Shown one piece after another: positions 25,998-36,292 of a DNA stretch of 64,000 nucleotides. Positions within the stretch are counted from its first letter, which is position 1, and each line of letters begins with the position of its first letter. The translations under genes were made by a program, and so were the position numbers. Origin of the DNA: Myxococcales bacterium (GTDB taxonomy: Bacteria > Myxococcota_A > Polyangia > Polyangiales > Polyangiaceae); contig JAYTOU010000053.1 in NCBI GenBank assembly GCA_043747615.1, positions 1 through 64,000 on the forward strand. The letters run 5' to 3'. The notes under the pieces were generated by a model that was not told the DNA's origin, made no database searches, and saw nothing but the letters and a program-made list of their open reading frames with translations.

Positions 25998-28736
25998 GTG
26001 CAAACGAGACGCGCGCTCCTCGAGCTTCCTGGGATTTTCGCATTCGTATGGGCGTTTACGGGCTGCGGTGCAGCCGCATCCGCGCCGCCTTCGCACGCTG
26101 ACCCGCCTGACGCCGCGTCGCCCCACGCGACGTACGTTGCACCCGAAGAGCCAGTCCCTGCGGTCCGCGACGACGGCCATCTGCCCGCGACGATCACGCC
26201 GCTCCGCTACGCTCTGGCGCTCGACATCGACCCCGGGGCGGCTCGGTTCACGGGGACCACGCACATCCTCGCCGCCGTTCCTCGGGCTACGTCCTACGTG
26301 GTCATCCATGCCCGCGATCTTCACGTCACGCGGGTAGATGCGGAGCTCGCGAGCGGAACCGTGCACGCTACGACCAGCACGCGCAAGGCGCACGGAGCGA
26401 CTGAAGCCGACGAGCTCGTGCTTCATTTCGCGCAGCCGCTCCCGCCGGGGCAGATCGCGCTCCGCATCGACTACGACGCGCCTTTCGCGGAGAGCCTCTC
26501 CGGCATTTACCACCTCACGGATGCTGGGCGCCCGTACGCATTTTCGCAGTTCGAGGCGACCGACGCGCGCCGCGCATTTCCATGCTTCGACGAGCCGGGC
26601 TTCAAGGTTCCCTTCGATGTGGCCGTGCTCGTCCCCGCTGGAATGATCGCCGTCTCGAACTCGCCGGAGGAGTCACGACAGGAGCGTGGGAAAAAAGTGG
26701 CCTTCACGTTCGCCACCACCCCGCCCCTTCCGACGTACCTCGTGGCGCTGGCCGTCGGCGAGCTCGAGATCAGGGAAGGTAAGCAGACGCCCGTTCCCAT
26801 CCGACTCATCACCACCAAGGGGAAATCAGGTCTCGGGCTGGCCGCCCTCGAGGCAACGGCGGGTCTCGTGCAGCAGCTCGGCGACTACTTCGGGATTCCT
26901 TATCCCTACGCGAAGCTCGACATCGTGGCGGTGCCCGAGTTTGCGGCAGGCGCGATGGAGAACGCAGGGCTCGTTACTTTCCGAGAGGAAGCGCTGCTCC
27001 TCGATTCGCACGCATCCGCGAGGAGCCGATACCTCGTCGATCTCATCATCGCGCACGAGCTCGCGCATCAGTGGTTCGGAGATCTAGTAACCGCATCGTG
27101 GTGGAACGACATCTGGTTGAACGAAGGGTTCGCGTCCTGGATGGAGGCCAAGATCGTCGATGTCTATCACCCCGGAACAGAGGCGCGTCTCGGCTCGATT
27201 CGCTCCGCGTTCCACGCGATGGACCTCGACGGGCTCCCGTCTGCGCGCGCCGTGCGCCAGCCCGTCACCAGCGAAGAAGAAACGGAGCAGGCCTTCGACG
27301 AAATCACCTACGACAAGGGCGCGGCAGTGATTGGAATGATCGAGCGCTTCGTCGGCCCCGAAAAATTTCGGGAAGGCGTGCGGCGCTACCTTCGAGCAAA
27401 CGCTTGGAAGAGCGCTCGCGCAGAGAGTTTCTTCGGCGAGCTCGACCGCGTGTCGGGGAAAGACGTCTCCGCGATGGCGAGCACGTTCTTCGATCAGACC
27501 GGCGTGCCCACCATCGCTGTCGACAAGAAGTGCGAGAAGGGTGAGTGGGATCTCACGCTGACGCAATATCCGTGGCAGCCCCTCGGAGCCGCGCCCCCCC
27601 CGCGACCGCTCAAGCAGTGGGATGTGCCGGTATGCATGAAGCTCGGCCCGCAGGCCGCCCCCGTGTGCACGGAGCTGAAGGAGCACGCGACCACCGTGAA
27701 GAAGAGCGGGCCGTGTCCTTCGTTCATCGACCCGAACGACGCGGCGTCCGGCTATTACCGGTTCGCGTTCGAGGAGCCGGATGCGCTCGCGCTCGCTCGG
27801 TCCGTCGGCAAGCTCGACGTCGCAAGCCGCCTCGGACTCGAGTCGAACCTATGGGCTCAGACGCGCGCCGGACGGCTCGATGGCAGCACGCTCCTGTCGG
27901 CGCTCACCGCGTTCGACGGTCAGACGAACACTGACGTCGTCGGGGAGGAAATCTCGATCCTCGAGACGATCAGTAACTCGCTCGTCGACGACGCGACCCG
28001 GCCGCGGTACCGAGCCTACGTCGCGGCGAGGCTTGCAGCGCGCAAGCGCGATCTCGGGTGGCAAAGGGGATCGAGGAAGGACAGCGCGTCGGAGGATCGT
28101 CGATCGATCTTGCGCGGCCAAGTCCTGACGGCGCTTGGAAAGCTCGCCGACGATGAGACCACGCTGCGCGAGTCGGCGCCAATCGCCGCGGCATGGCTCA
28201 AGGATCCAAGCAGCGTCGATCCAGACACAGGTCCCGTCGCCCTCCTGCTCGCGTGTCGCCGCGCCGGACCAGAACGTTTCGAAGAGCTCCGCGCTGTCGT
28301 GAAAAACGCCAAGTCGCCGGAGCAGCGGGTCGCCGCCCTGAAGGCCATGGGGGCGTTCGGCGATCCCGCGCTCCTCACGCGCGCCTTTGATTTCAGTCTT
28401 ACCGACGATGTGCGGGCTCAGGACGTGCGTTACCTCGTCAGCTCCGCGCTCCAGTACCCTGCGTCGAGGCGCATCGTCTTCGACTGGTTGAAACGAAGGT
28501 GGGAGGAGGCCACGAAAAAGGCCTCCGGCGCGCTCGGTGGGGTCTTTCTCCGCGTCCTCGACACGATGTGTACGCGCCCGGAGATCGACGAAGCCCGAGA
28601 GTTTTTCACACCGCGGGTCGCCCAGATCTACGGGAGCGGACGTGAGCTCACGGAAAAGCTCGAGGCAGCCTCGCACTGCGTCGAGCTGAGAAAAACCGTG
28701 GGCCCGTCGGTCGCCAAGGCCCTCGGTAAGAAGTAA
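25998..28736 (+). CDS. M1 family aminopeptidase with ERAP1-like C-terminal domain (lipoprotein)
   Basis: FTGC lipobox; QFEATDARRAFPCFDEP, GAMEN, HELAHQWFG...WLNEGFA and YDKG. Confidence 0.96.
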   Translation: MQTRRALLELPGIFAFVWAFTGCGAAASAPPSHADPPDAASPHATYVAPEEPVPAVRDDGHLPATITPLRYALALDIDPGAARFTGTTHILAAVPRATSYVVIHARDLHVTRVDAELASGTVHATTSTRKAHGATEADELVLHFAQPLPPGQIALRIDYDAPFAESLSGIYHLTDAGRPYAFSQFEATDARRAFPCFDEPGFKVPFDVAVLVPAGMIAVSNSPEESRQERGKKVAFTFATTPPLPTYLVALAVGELEIREGKQTPVPIRLITTKGKSGLGLAALEATAGLVQQLGDYFGIPYPYAKLDIVAVPEFAAGAMENAGLVTFREEALLLDSHASARSRYLVDLIIAHELAHQWFGDLVTASWWNDIWLNEGFASWMEAKIVDVYHPGTEARLGSIRSAFHAMDLDGLPSARAVRQPVTSEEETEQAFDEITYDKGAAVIGMIERFVGPEKFREGVRRYLRANAWKSARAESFFGELDRVSGKDVSAMASTFFDQTGVPTIAVDKKCEKGEWDLTLTQYPWQPLGAAPPPRPLKQWDVPVCMKLGPQAAPVCTELKEHATTVKKSGPCPSFIDPNDAASGYYRFAFEEPDALALARSVGKLDVASRLGLESNLWAQTRAGRLDGSTLLSALTAFDGQTNTDVVGEEISILETISNSLVDDATRPRYRAYVAARLAARKRDLGWQRGSRKDSASEDRRSILRGQVLTALGKLADDETTLRESAPIAAAWLKDPSSVDPDTGPVALLLACRRAGPERFEELRAVVKNAKSPEQRVAALKAMGAFGDPALLTRAFDFSLTDDVRAQDVRYLVSSALQYPASRRIVFDWLKRRWEEATKKASGALGGVFLRVLDTMCTRPEIDEAREFFTPRVAQIYGSGRELTEKLEAASHCVELRKTVGPSVAKALGKK

Positions 28737-30227
28737 TTATTTGTTCTGCGGAAAGCCGAGATCGACGCCGCGATGCCGCGGATCCGGCCAACGTGACGTG
28801 ATCACCTTGCCGCGCGTGTAGAAGCGAACGCCGTCTTTTCCGTAGATGTGAAGGTCTCCGAAGAGAGAGTCCTTCCAGCCACCGAATGAGTAGTAAGCCG
28901 TTGGCACCGGGACGGGAACGTTGATGCCCACCATCCCCACGCGCACTTCGCTCTGGAAGCGCCGCGCCGCGCCGCCGTCGTTCGTGAAAATGGCCACGCC
29001 ATTCGCATAGGGATTTTCGTCGATGAGGCGAATCGCATCTTCGAACTTCTCGCAGCGAACGGTGGAGAGGACCGGCCCGAAGATTTCGTCCTTGTAGATC
29101 TCCATGCTCGGCTTCACGTCGTCGAACAGGCACGGCCCGAGGAAGAAGCCTTTTTCGTGACCCGGGACGCGCAAGCTACGCCCGTCGACCAGGAGCTTCG
29201 CCCCTTCGTCGACACCCTTCTTCACGTAGGACGAGACGCTGTCGAGGTGCTGCTTGGTGACGAGCGGACCCATTTCTGACTTCGCGTCGGAGCCCGCCCC
29301 CGTTGTGAGCTTGGCCATGCGCTCGCGAATCTTGGGGAGGAGCTTGTCTGCCGCGTTGCCCACGGTAACGAGCACGCTGATGGCCATGCAGCGCTCGCCC
29401 GCCGAGCCGAAGCCTCCGTTCACCGCGGCGTCGGCGGCGAGATCCATGTCGGCGTCGGGGAGCACCACCATGTGATTTTTCGCGCCCCCGAGAGCCTGCA
29501 CACGTTTGCCGTTCTTGGTGCCGTTCTCGTAGATGTACTTTGCAATCTTCGTCGAGCCGACGAAGCTGATCGCCTGCACGTCGGGATGCTCGAGGAGGCG
29601 GTCGACCGCGACTTTGTCGCCATGGACGATATTGAAGACGCCGTCCGGAAGCCCGGCTTGCTTCAGTAGCTCCGCACAAAAATTCGTGACCGAAGGATCC
29701 TTCTCCGAGGGCTTGAGCACGAACGTGTTTCCGCACGCGATCGCGATCGGGTACATCCACATGGGAACCATCGCCGGAAAGTTGAAGGGGGTGATCCCCG
29801 CGACGACGCCGAGCGGCTGGCGAATGGAGTAGCTGTCTACCTCCGTCGAAACGTTCTCGGAGTACTCCCCCTTCGATAGCTCGGCGATCCCGCAAGCGAA
29901 CTCGATCACCTCGAGGCCGCGGCTGACTTCGCCGAGCGCGTCGCTGTGCACCTTGCCGTGCTCGCTCGTGAGAAGGCTCGCGAGCTCGTCTTTCCTTCGT
30001 TCGACGAGCTCCCGAAACGCAAAAAGGACTCGCGTGCGGCGGGCGAGTGATACCGAACGCCACGACTGCCAAGCCTCCTTCGCGGAGGCGACCGCGGCGT
30101 CGACGTCGGCGACGGATGCGAGGCTGACCTCACGCGTTTGCTCGCCCGTAGCGGGGTTGAACACTGGGCCGCGCCGCCCGTCGGTGACCGCAGACTTCCC
30201 GTTGAGCCAGTGCGAGACGACGTTCAT
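28737..30227 (-). CDS. mmsA: CoA-acylating methylmalonate-semialdehyde dehydrogenase
   Basis: ITPFNFPAMVPMW, LKPSEKDP, ALGGAKNH, GSAGERCMA, EIFGPV and INVPVPVP. Confidence 0.95.
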   Translation of the reverse strand: MNVVSHWLNGKSAVTDGRRGPVFNPATGEQTREVSLASVADVDAAVASAKEAWQSWRSVSLARRTRVLFAFRELVERRKDELASLLTSEHGKVHSDALGEVSRGLEVIEFACGIAELSKGEYSENVSTEVDSYSIRQPLGVVAGITPFNFPAMVPMWMYPIAIACGNTFVLKPSEKDPSVTNFCAELLKQAGLPDGVFNIVHGDKVAVDRLLEHPDVQAISFVGSTKIAKYIYENGTKNGKRVQALGGAKNHMVVLPDADMDLAADAAVNGGFGSAGERCMAISVLVTVGNAADKLLPKIRERMAKLTTGAGSDAKSEMGPLVTKQHLDSVSSYVKKGVDEGAKLLVDGRSLRVPGHEKGFFLGPCLFDDVKPSMEIYKDEIFGPVLSTVRCEKFEDAIRLIDENPYANGVAIFTNDGGAARRFQSEVRVGMVGINVPVPVPTAYYSFGGWKDSLFGDLHIYGKDGVRFYTRGKVITSRWPDPRHRGVDLGFPQNK

Positions 30228-31153
30228 TTCTTGGGCTCGCCTTTCGGGGCTTCCTTCGCGCCGGCCTTTGGGGCCTCTTTCGCGCCTTCCTTCTTCTCGG
30301 ACTTCTCGGACTCTTGCTTCTTTCGCTCGGCTTCCTTCGCGGCTTCTTCCTTCGCCTCCTCAGCCTTTTCCTTCGCGTTGGCGGCGGCCTCGTCGGCTTC
30401 GTCTTCTTTCTCCATGGAGGCTTCGCGCTTCTTCGCCTCTTCGAGCTTCGTGTCCGCCGCTCCAACCGCCTGGTGGGTGGTGAACGCCGTGTAGCCGAGG
30501 GTGCACAGGCCGAGCGCGCCAGAGACGACGGCGATGCCCCACACCTTCCGGCTCGCCATCAAGAGCGCGACCGACGCGACGACGATTCCGATCTCGGCGA
30601 GGAGTTGGGCCCGCTCGTACAGCTCCGACGCGCGCTGATGGGCCTCTACCGCCCCGTCGTACGCTTCTGCGTCTTCCTTCGCTTCTTTGACGTCGACGGT
30701 GAAACGTTTGGCGAGCATTTCGAAATGCCGAATGTCTGATTTGTCGGGCGCGAGCAGATCCGCCATGTCGTCGATGGACGAAGCGATGAGGTCTTTGATC
30801 TCCGCGGTGTCTTCGTTGTCCGATTTGCCCGACGACGCGCGCTTTCCGCGGAGCGTATCATCGAGCTTCGCTGCTTCTTCTTTGCTCGGCGTGAGCGCGT
30901 GAAGCATCTCGAGGTTTCCTTCGATGACGCGGAGCTTCGTCGTTTCGCCTTGGTAAATACCGAACTTGTTCGACTGCTCGACCATGGTCTTGATGAGCTC
31001 AGTGCGCTCGGAGCCGACCATGGCCGCACAGAATGCGAGCATCACACCCAAGAGGGCCATCGTGATCCCGATTTGCTTTCCGGGGCCACCGCCATCGTGG
31101 CCGCCATGACTGGCGTGCCCCATGTGCTCCAACATGTCCGTTGCTTCGCTCAT
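30224..31153 (-). CDS. DUF4337-like membrane protein with Glu/Lys-rich tail
   Basis: His-rich N-terminus, TM, coiled region, LLAEIGIVVASVALL TM pair; 4-nt overlap with mmsA. Confidence 0.75.
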   Translation of the reverse strand: MSEATDMLEHMGHASHGGHDGGGPGKQIGITMALLGVMLAFCAAMVGSERTELIKTMVEQSNKFGIYQGETTKLRVIEGNLEMLHALTPSKEEAAKLDDTLRGKRASSGKSDNEDTAEIKDLIASSIDDMADLLAPDKSDIRHFEMLAKRFTVDVKEAKEDAEAYDGAVEAHQRASELYERAQLLAEIGIVVASVALLMASRKVWGIAVVSGALGLCTLGYTAFTTHQAVGAADTKLEEAKKREASMEKEDEADEAAANAKEKAEEAKEEAAKEAERKKQESEKSEKKEGAKEAPKAGAKEAPKGEPKK

Positions 31154-31299
31154 CGATCGATCCTCCTGCGTGAGTGCACGGCAACGTGGGTATCACGAGG
31201 CGTGGCCAAGAATCGTCCCTCGCCGTCCACTAACCGACGTTTTTTGTCTCGCGCCACACGTTGAAGCTCGGAATAGCGGAAAATTCGGGCTTTTGCCGC

Positions 31300-31315
31300 T
31301 GGCATGAAGGGTGCT
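31300..31315 (+). promoter_or_regulatory. putative sigma-54 (-24/-12) promoter of the pilin gene
   Basis: TGGCATGAAGGGTGCT: GG-N10-GC, about 145 nt upstream of the pilin ATG. Confidence 0.55.
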
Positions 31316-31458
31316 TATTTACAGGGGAACGGTGGCGACCCTCTCGCGCTCGGGCAGCGAGAGCGCGCATCTTTTACAACTTGGCCCGCGCATTCTCGCC
31401 GGAATACTGAACTGCGCCCGGGGCTCGGCCGTACACGAACACTCAGGAGGCGAAACGA

Positions 31459-32031
31459 ATGGGCAAGACGCACGGGCCGCATGTAGGGCGAGGCTTCACG
31501 CTGATCGAGCTGATGATCGTCGTGGCGATCGTAGGAATCCTCGCAACCCTTGCCGCGTATGGCGTGCGCCGCTACCTGTCGAACGCCAAGACCGCCGAGG
31601 CGAAGTCTACCGTGGGCGCGATTGCCAAGCTCGCCGTCGCTTCCTACGAGAGCGAGCACGTAGCGGCGAACATGCTGACTTTCAAAGCGACGACCACTTC
31701 GCTCCGGGCGGTCTGCGACAGCGAGCCGACCAACCCGATCCCAGCGGTAACCGCAATCAAAGGGAAGAAATACCAGTCGAAGCCTTCGGACTGGAACACG
31801 GGTGGAAACAAGGGTTTTGCCTGCCTTCACTTCGTGATGACCGCTCCTCAGTATTACGCGTACAGCTACACCGCGTCGGGGGTCGGGGCCGGAACAGACG
31901 CATTTACCGTCACCGCAAACGGCGACTTGAACGGAGACGGCGCATTGTCCACGTTCTCGATCAATGGCGCGGTCCAGAGCGGCGCGATGAACGTTGCTCC
32001 GTCGCTCACCGAGGTGTCATCGGACGAGTGA
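31459..32031 (+). CDS. type IV pilin (PilA-like)
   Basis: Prepilin motif RG/FTLIELMIVVAIVGILATLA; AKTAEAK; C-terminal ANGDLNGDG; AGGAGG RBS. Confidence 0.95.
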   Translation: MGKTHGPHVGRGFTLIELMIVVAIVGILATLAAYGVRRYLSNAKTAEAKSTVGAIAKLAVASYESEHVAANMLTFKATTTSLRAVCDSEPTNPIPAVTAIKGKKYQSKPSDWNTGGNKGFACLHFVMTAPQYYAYSYTASGVGAGTDAFTVTANGDLNGDGALSTFSINGAVQSGAMNVAPSLTEVSSDE

Positions 32032-32084
32032 GGATCAGTCGTCCGGTCAATGACAGGCGACTAGGCCGCAACGGGTTCGTCCAG

Positions 32085-33242
32085 ATGAGCTCACAACGGC
32101 GTGGGCCCGCTGCTACTCTTATCAATGTGGGCATATCGAGAACGGTTGGCGCTTCGGTGCTTGCCCTGCTCGTCGTTGGCGGCTGCGGCTCGCGAAGCCA
32201 GCTGTCGATCGACGACTTCGCGAGCAACGAGCCCGGGACGTGCCGCTCATCCGTGGGCTCGGCGACCAAGCGCATCAGCAAGACGCCGCTCGACATGGAG
32301 ATCGTCCTCGACGGGTCAGGAAGCATGAGCGACGACAACAAATGGGTCGCAGTGTCCGCGGGTCTCGACGTCATCTTCGATGACTTCCTCGCGGAGCCCG
32401 ATCGCGATCTCGCCGTCGGGCTGATCATCTTCTCGGACCAGAAAGATCGCACCGTTGGAGAGGGCCCCTACCCGACCGCGGTCGACGTGCCCCTTGGAAT
32501 CGTCGACGCCGCGAGGCACGATGCGCTTCGCAAACGCCTCGACACGACCTATCCCGGCGCAGGCACGCCGACGTTACGCGCCCTTCGTGGAGGCTTCAAC
32601 ACTCTCACGAAATTCACATCTCCCGAGACGCGCGGCCCCAACGGCAGGAAAATCGTGGTGCTCATGACGGACGGCGTCCCCAGCGGCCCACCGAACGTAC
32701 CGTTCAGTCACCAGATCGAACAAGGTCAGTGCCTCGATCTGGTGCGGGCGCAGATCCAGGACGGCCCACCCACCGGGCCGATCCGCACGTTCGCGGTGGG
32801 CATTGGACCCTTCCCCGGCAACTCCGATTACGATCCCAACTTCATAGGTGACCTGGCCATCGCGGGCGGGACGCGCGCCTCGCCTCAGTGCGAGCCTCAT
32901 ACGGCGACGGAGTCGAACGTCTGCCACTTCCAGGTGTCACCGCTCGGAAAATCTTCAAACGAGCTTGAGCGCGAGTTCGTCGCAGCGATCGAAAAAATTA
33001 GGCAAATCTCGGTGCAAGGCTGCGAATTTTCGTTCGACACGGGGAGCGCGCCCAGCGTCGACGTCTCCAAGATCAAGGTGGTCTACACCGACGCAGCGGG
33101 GGGGAATCACACCATCGCGCAAGACACCGACAACGGTTGGACCTTCGACCCGAGCACCCGGCGCGTCTTCCTTCATGGCCAGGCGTGCACGTCGTCGAAC
33201 GTCGACTTGCGCGGCAGCGTTAGCGTCGTCCTCGGCTGCTGA
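32085..33242 (+). CDS. vWA-domain lipoprotein
   Basis: Lipobox VGGC; MIDAS LDGSGSM, GTPT and LMTDGVP; Cys-containing C-terminal domain. Start approximate. Confidence 0.85.
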   Translation: MSSQRRGPAATLINVGISRTVGASVLALLVVGGCGSRSQLSIDDFASNEPGTCRSSVGSATKRISKTPLDMEIVLDGSGSMSDDNKWVAVSAGLDVIFDDFLAEPDRDLAVGLIIFSDQKDRTVGEGPYPTAVDVPLGIVDAARHDALRKRLDTTYPGAGTPTLRALRGGFNTLTKFTSPETRGPNGRKIVVLMTDGVPSGPPNVPFSHQIEQGQCLDLVRAQIQDGPPTGPIRTFAVGIGPFPGNSDYDPNFIGDLAIAGGTRASPQCEPHTATESNVCHFQVSPLGKSSNELEREFVAAIEKIRQISVQGCEFSFDTGSAPSVDVSKIKVVYTDAAGGNHTIAQDTDNGWTFDPSTRRVFLHGQACTSSNVDLRGSVSVVLGC

Positions 33243-33347
33243 ACCAGGTGAAGGACGACGTGGAGCTGCACGCGCCGAGGAGAGCGAGGACGGCCGCCGT
33301 CGCATTGTTACGAAGCGCGCGTCATCGGTCCGTGAGCGTGACAGATA

Positions 33348-34334
33348 TCAGCGTTTGACGCAGGTCGGTGTCTCTCCGAAAAAAGAGATCCACGCGCTGC
33401 GATCGTGCGCCGGCAAGATGCGGAGCGAAGGGTCGAGCTCGTGCAGCTGCGCGAGCTTCGAAATTTCTTCGCCAACTTGATCCGGGTCGAAGTCGGTCCA
33501 GGCCATCGGCAGGCTCTTTCCGACGCGGCGATCGATCCCCTCGAGAACGTTGACCGTGTCTCCCACGTGCAGAAGGCGCCGCGTCGGCGAGAGATTCACG
33601 AACGTACCGATGCTCCCCGGCGTGTGCCCAGGGAGCTTTACGATCACGAGGGTCCCGTCTCCGAAAATATCCGCGCTCTCCTCGAAGGTCTCGTACGGCT
33701 TGGCCTCGAAACGCATCACGTTCATGCGTCCTTCGAGAGCCTTGGCGTGCGCGGGAACGACGTTCAGGTTGTTCGGTGTTTTTCCAAACTTGGCGATGAA
33801 ATCGATTTCTTCTTGGGGCAGAAGCACCGGGACGCCAGGGAGGTCGACCAAGCCACCGGCGTGATCGATGTGCGCGTGGGAGAGGATCGCCCACTTCAGA
33901 TTTTTTGGATCGGCGCCTCGCAGGCGAATGGCGTCGGGCGCGGTCGAAACGAGGCGGTTGCTTCCGGGACCTTCGGTCAGGAGGAAATGGTTCACCATTC
34001 CGTAGCCGCGTAGCTCCTCGAGAAACTTGCTGCTATTTCCCGCGTCGATGAGCACGTCGCCCCGGGGATGCCGAAGGAGGAGCCCCGACACGGTGACCGA
34101 CCACGGCTTCGTGCCCGAGAGGCCCGCCGTCGCGGCTTGGCCGGAGGCCTCCCGGCTCGCGAACTCGACCCAGCAGAGCGAGACAGCGGGGATGGCGTCG
34201 AACTTTGCCGCGACGCGCGGGTGCGGCAGCGCAAATGGATAGGTGTGCGCTGCACGGTAGACGGCGAAGGCGAGGCCCGCGAGCGCGACCAGTTGCAGCA
34301 ACCGCTTCACGACGCCAGTCCGAAAATCTGCCAT
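33348..34334 (-). CDS. metallo-beta-lactamase-fold hydrolase, N-acyl homoserine lactonase-like
   Basis: LSHAHIDHAGG, DIFGDG, LPGHTPGS, GD and ILPAHD; N-terminal hydrophobic segment. Confidence 0.85.
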   Translation of the reverse strand: MADFRTGVVKRLLQLVALAGLAFAVYRAAHTYPFALPHPRVAAKFDAIPAVSLCWVEFASREASGQAATAGLSGTKPWSVTVSGLLLRHPRGDVLIDAGNSSKFLEELRGYGMVNHFLLTEGPGSNRLVSTAPDAIRLRGADPKNLKWAILSHAHIDHAGGLVDLPGVPVLLPQEEIDFIAKFGKTPNNLNVVPAHAKALEGRMNVMRFEAKPYETFEESADIFGDGTLVIVKLPGHTPGSIGTFVNLSPTRRLLHVGDTVNVLEGIDRRVGKSLPMAWTDFDPDQVGEEISKLAQLHELDPSLRILPAHDRSAWISFFGETPTCVKR

Positions 34335-34436
34335 ACGCTCTCGTTACATCAGAACGCGCTGCGGAGCGCTACGCCTCTCGTCTGGCTCGTCGTGCGCGAG
34401 GTGCATTTACTCACGCAGTCGTGGTATTCGGAAATC

Positions 34437-34961
34437 ATGCGCTCTCTGGCAGTGCTGATGGTGACCCTCTCTTTCGTGGGCTGCTCTTCATCGAGCACCC
34501 CGGCGGGCCAGGCTGCGAGCGCGGCGGACGCAGGTATGGATGCGCCGCGCGTGTGCACGACGCTTGGATATGCGGGCGCCCCCGTCGATCCGGTGGCAGT
34601 CGCCGGGAATGCACCGATTGCGGCGGGAGGTACGATCGCGGACGGGACGTACCGCCTCACGAGCTACAAAGTTTACAACAACGCGATCGATCCGTCGAAG
34701 GTGCAGAGCCTCCAGGCCTCGTTCAAATTCGCCGCCAGTGCGTACGAGGTCGCGTTCTCGTCGAGCAAGGGCGGCGAAGCGACAGAGTCGGGAACGGTGA
34801 CGACGAAGGGCACGCTCCTCCAGCTTACGAAGTCGTGCCCCTCGATGATGACCGAGAGCGAGCGACGCTATTCTGCAACCGCGACCAGCTTCGATCTGTT
34901 CGATGTCTCCAACGCGACGCCGAGCGCGCCTGCGGAAGTGGCTACCTACACCCGCGAGTAG
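34437..34961 (+). CDS. hypothetical lipoprotein
   Basis: MRSLAVLMVTLSFVGC lipobox; GGTIADGTYRLT. Confidence 0.8.
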   Translation: MRSLAVLMVTLSFVGCSSSSTPAGQAASAADAGMDAPRVCTTLGYAGAPVDPVAVAGNAPIAAGGTIADGTYRLTSYKVYNNAIDPSKVQSLQASFKFAASAYEVAFSSSKGGEATESGTVTTKGTLLQLTKSCPSMMTESERRYSATATSFDLFDVSNATPSAPAEVATYTRE

Positions 34962-35458
34962 CTCGCGTACGGGTGCGACCCATCTGCCGCGCGCTCCGCG
35001 TTGTCGAGCTTCATCACGCGTCGGTTAGCCGTTCCCGTCAATCGCATCGTCGTGGAAGACGAAGCGGGGTCTGCCGGCGCTCCGCAGTCGATTGCCGTCA
35101 CGACGAGAGTTGCACCCAAACAGATCCTTAGAATGCTCATCGATGTCCTCCGCCCGAGAACCGTCCTTGAACGTCTGTCGACGTCGCTCGATGGCCTCAC
35201 GCCCGAGCTCGACCACGAGGGCACCGACATCCTCCGGCGAAGCAAAGTCGGCGCGTCCTGCGTCGAGGAGAGCGGCGGTGAATTTGGCAGCGGTCGCGGC
35301 GTTATGCCGAGACATGTCCTCCGTGGACCGTTCGAGGTCCAGGGTCGATGCCCGAAATACCGCTGTATTTGCAGCCTTTGGTGTGGCTTCGATCTTGCGA
35401 TTGAGCTCGGTACACAACCGGCGAAAGCCCTTCGCCCCTTATAAGGAGGTATCCATTC

Positions 35459-36286
35459 ATGAAATTGATTTCTGGTCGCACGCAGGTCACGGCAGTCACC
35501 CTCATTCTCGGGACCGCGCTTCTCGCGTGTGCGTCGAAGTCGCCGACGACGGCCTCGTCCGCTTCCGCCGTAGAGAGCGGCGATGGGACGGAGTCTGCCG
35601 CGTCGACCGCGCAGACCTCGCGCTTCGAAGAAATGATTGCCTCTCCGATCACCTCGCAAGACCCGACGATGGCCGCGGCGAACGTTGCGGCGGCGCAGTG
35701 GTGGCCAGCGGGATGTGCGACACGAGCCAAGGATCCGACGAACAGCTCGGTCGTGCACATTTACTTGAACGACTGCACCGGCCCGTTCGGCCTCGAGCAC
35801 CACACCGGTGAGATCACCGTGACGTTCAGCAAGAACGCCGACGGATCGCTCCACGCGCAAGCCGCGAGCTCCAACATGACCGTGAACGGGCACGCCGTGA
35901 CCTACTCGCGCGACGCGGACATCACCCTGAGCGCAACACAGCGCACCGTAAAAGCCAACGGAGCATGGACGCGCGAAAACGCCAAGGGCGAAACCGTCAG
36001 CCACACCGCCAACACCACGACCGTGCTCGACATCGCCTCGCGGTGCCGCACCACGAACGGAACGGCGGTCACCCGGGTCGACGAGCGCGAGAACGACGCG
36101 AAGATCACGGACTACAAAATTTGCCGCAAGCCCGACGGCCTCGACGGCTGTCCCTCCGGCACGGTGACCCACACGCACAAGCTCAGTGGCAACGTGTTCA
36201 CTGCCATGTTCGACGGAACGGCGACGGCCGAGATCACCGGGCCGAAGGGCGGAATGACCGCCGTGCCGCTCGTCTGCACTCCGTGA
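35459..36286 (+). CDS. hypothetical beta-rich lipoprotein
   Basis: AAGGAGGT RBS; lipobox LLAC; Thr-rich with paired Cys. Confidence 0.85.
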   Translation: MKLISGRTQVTAVTLILGTALLACASKSPTTASSASAVESGDGTESAASTAQTSRFEEMIASPITSQDPTMAAANVAAAQWWPAGCATRAKDPTNSSVVHIYLNDCTGPFGLEHHTGEITVTFSKNADGSLHAQAASSNMTVNGHAVTYSRDADITLSATQRTVKANGAWTRENAKGETVSHTANTTTVLDIASRCRTTNGTAVTRVDERENDAKITDYKICRKPDGLDGCPSGTVTHTHKLSGNVFTAMFDGTATAEITGPKGGMTAVPLVCTP

Positions 36287-36292
36287 AGTACC

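Noticed and set aside
30224..30465. Glu/Lys/Ala-rich quasi-repeat (GAKEAPK x2)
   Set aside because: Low-complexity protein tail, not a DNA repeat element.
31311..32084. N-terminal part of the 643-aa ORF 31311..33242
   Set aside because: Overlaps the pilin in another frame; only the vWA part from ~32085 looks real.
34962..35450. Short minus-strand fragments, including a lipoprotein-like start (MSILRICLGATLVVTAIDCG)
   Set aside because: May be decayed genes, but no recognisable family and competing frames; cannot support a call.
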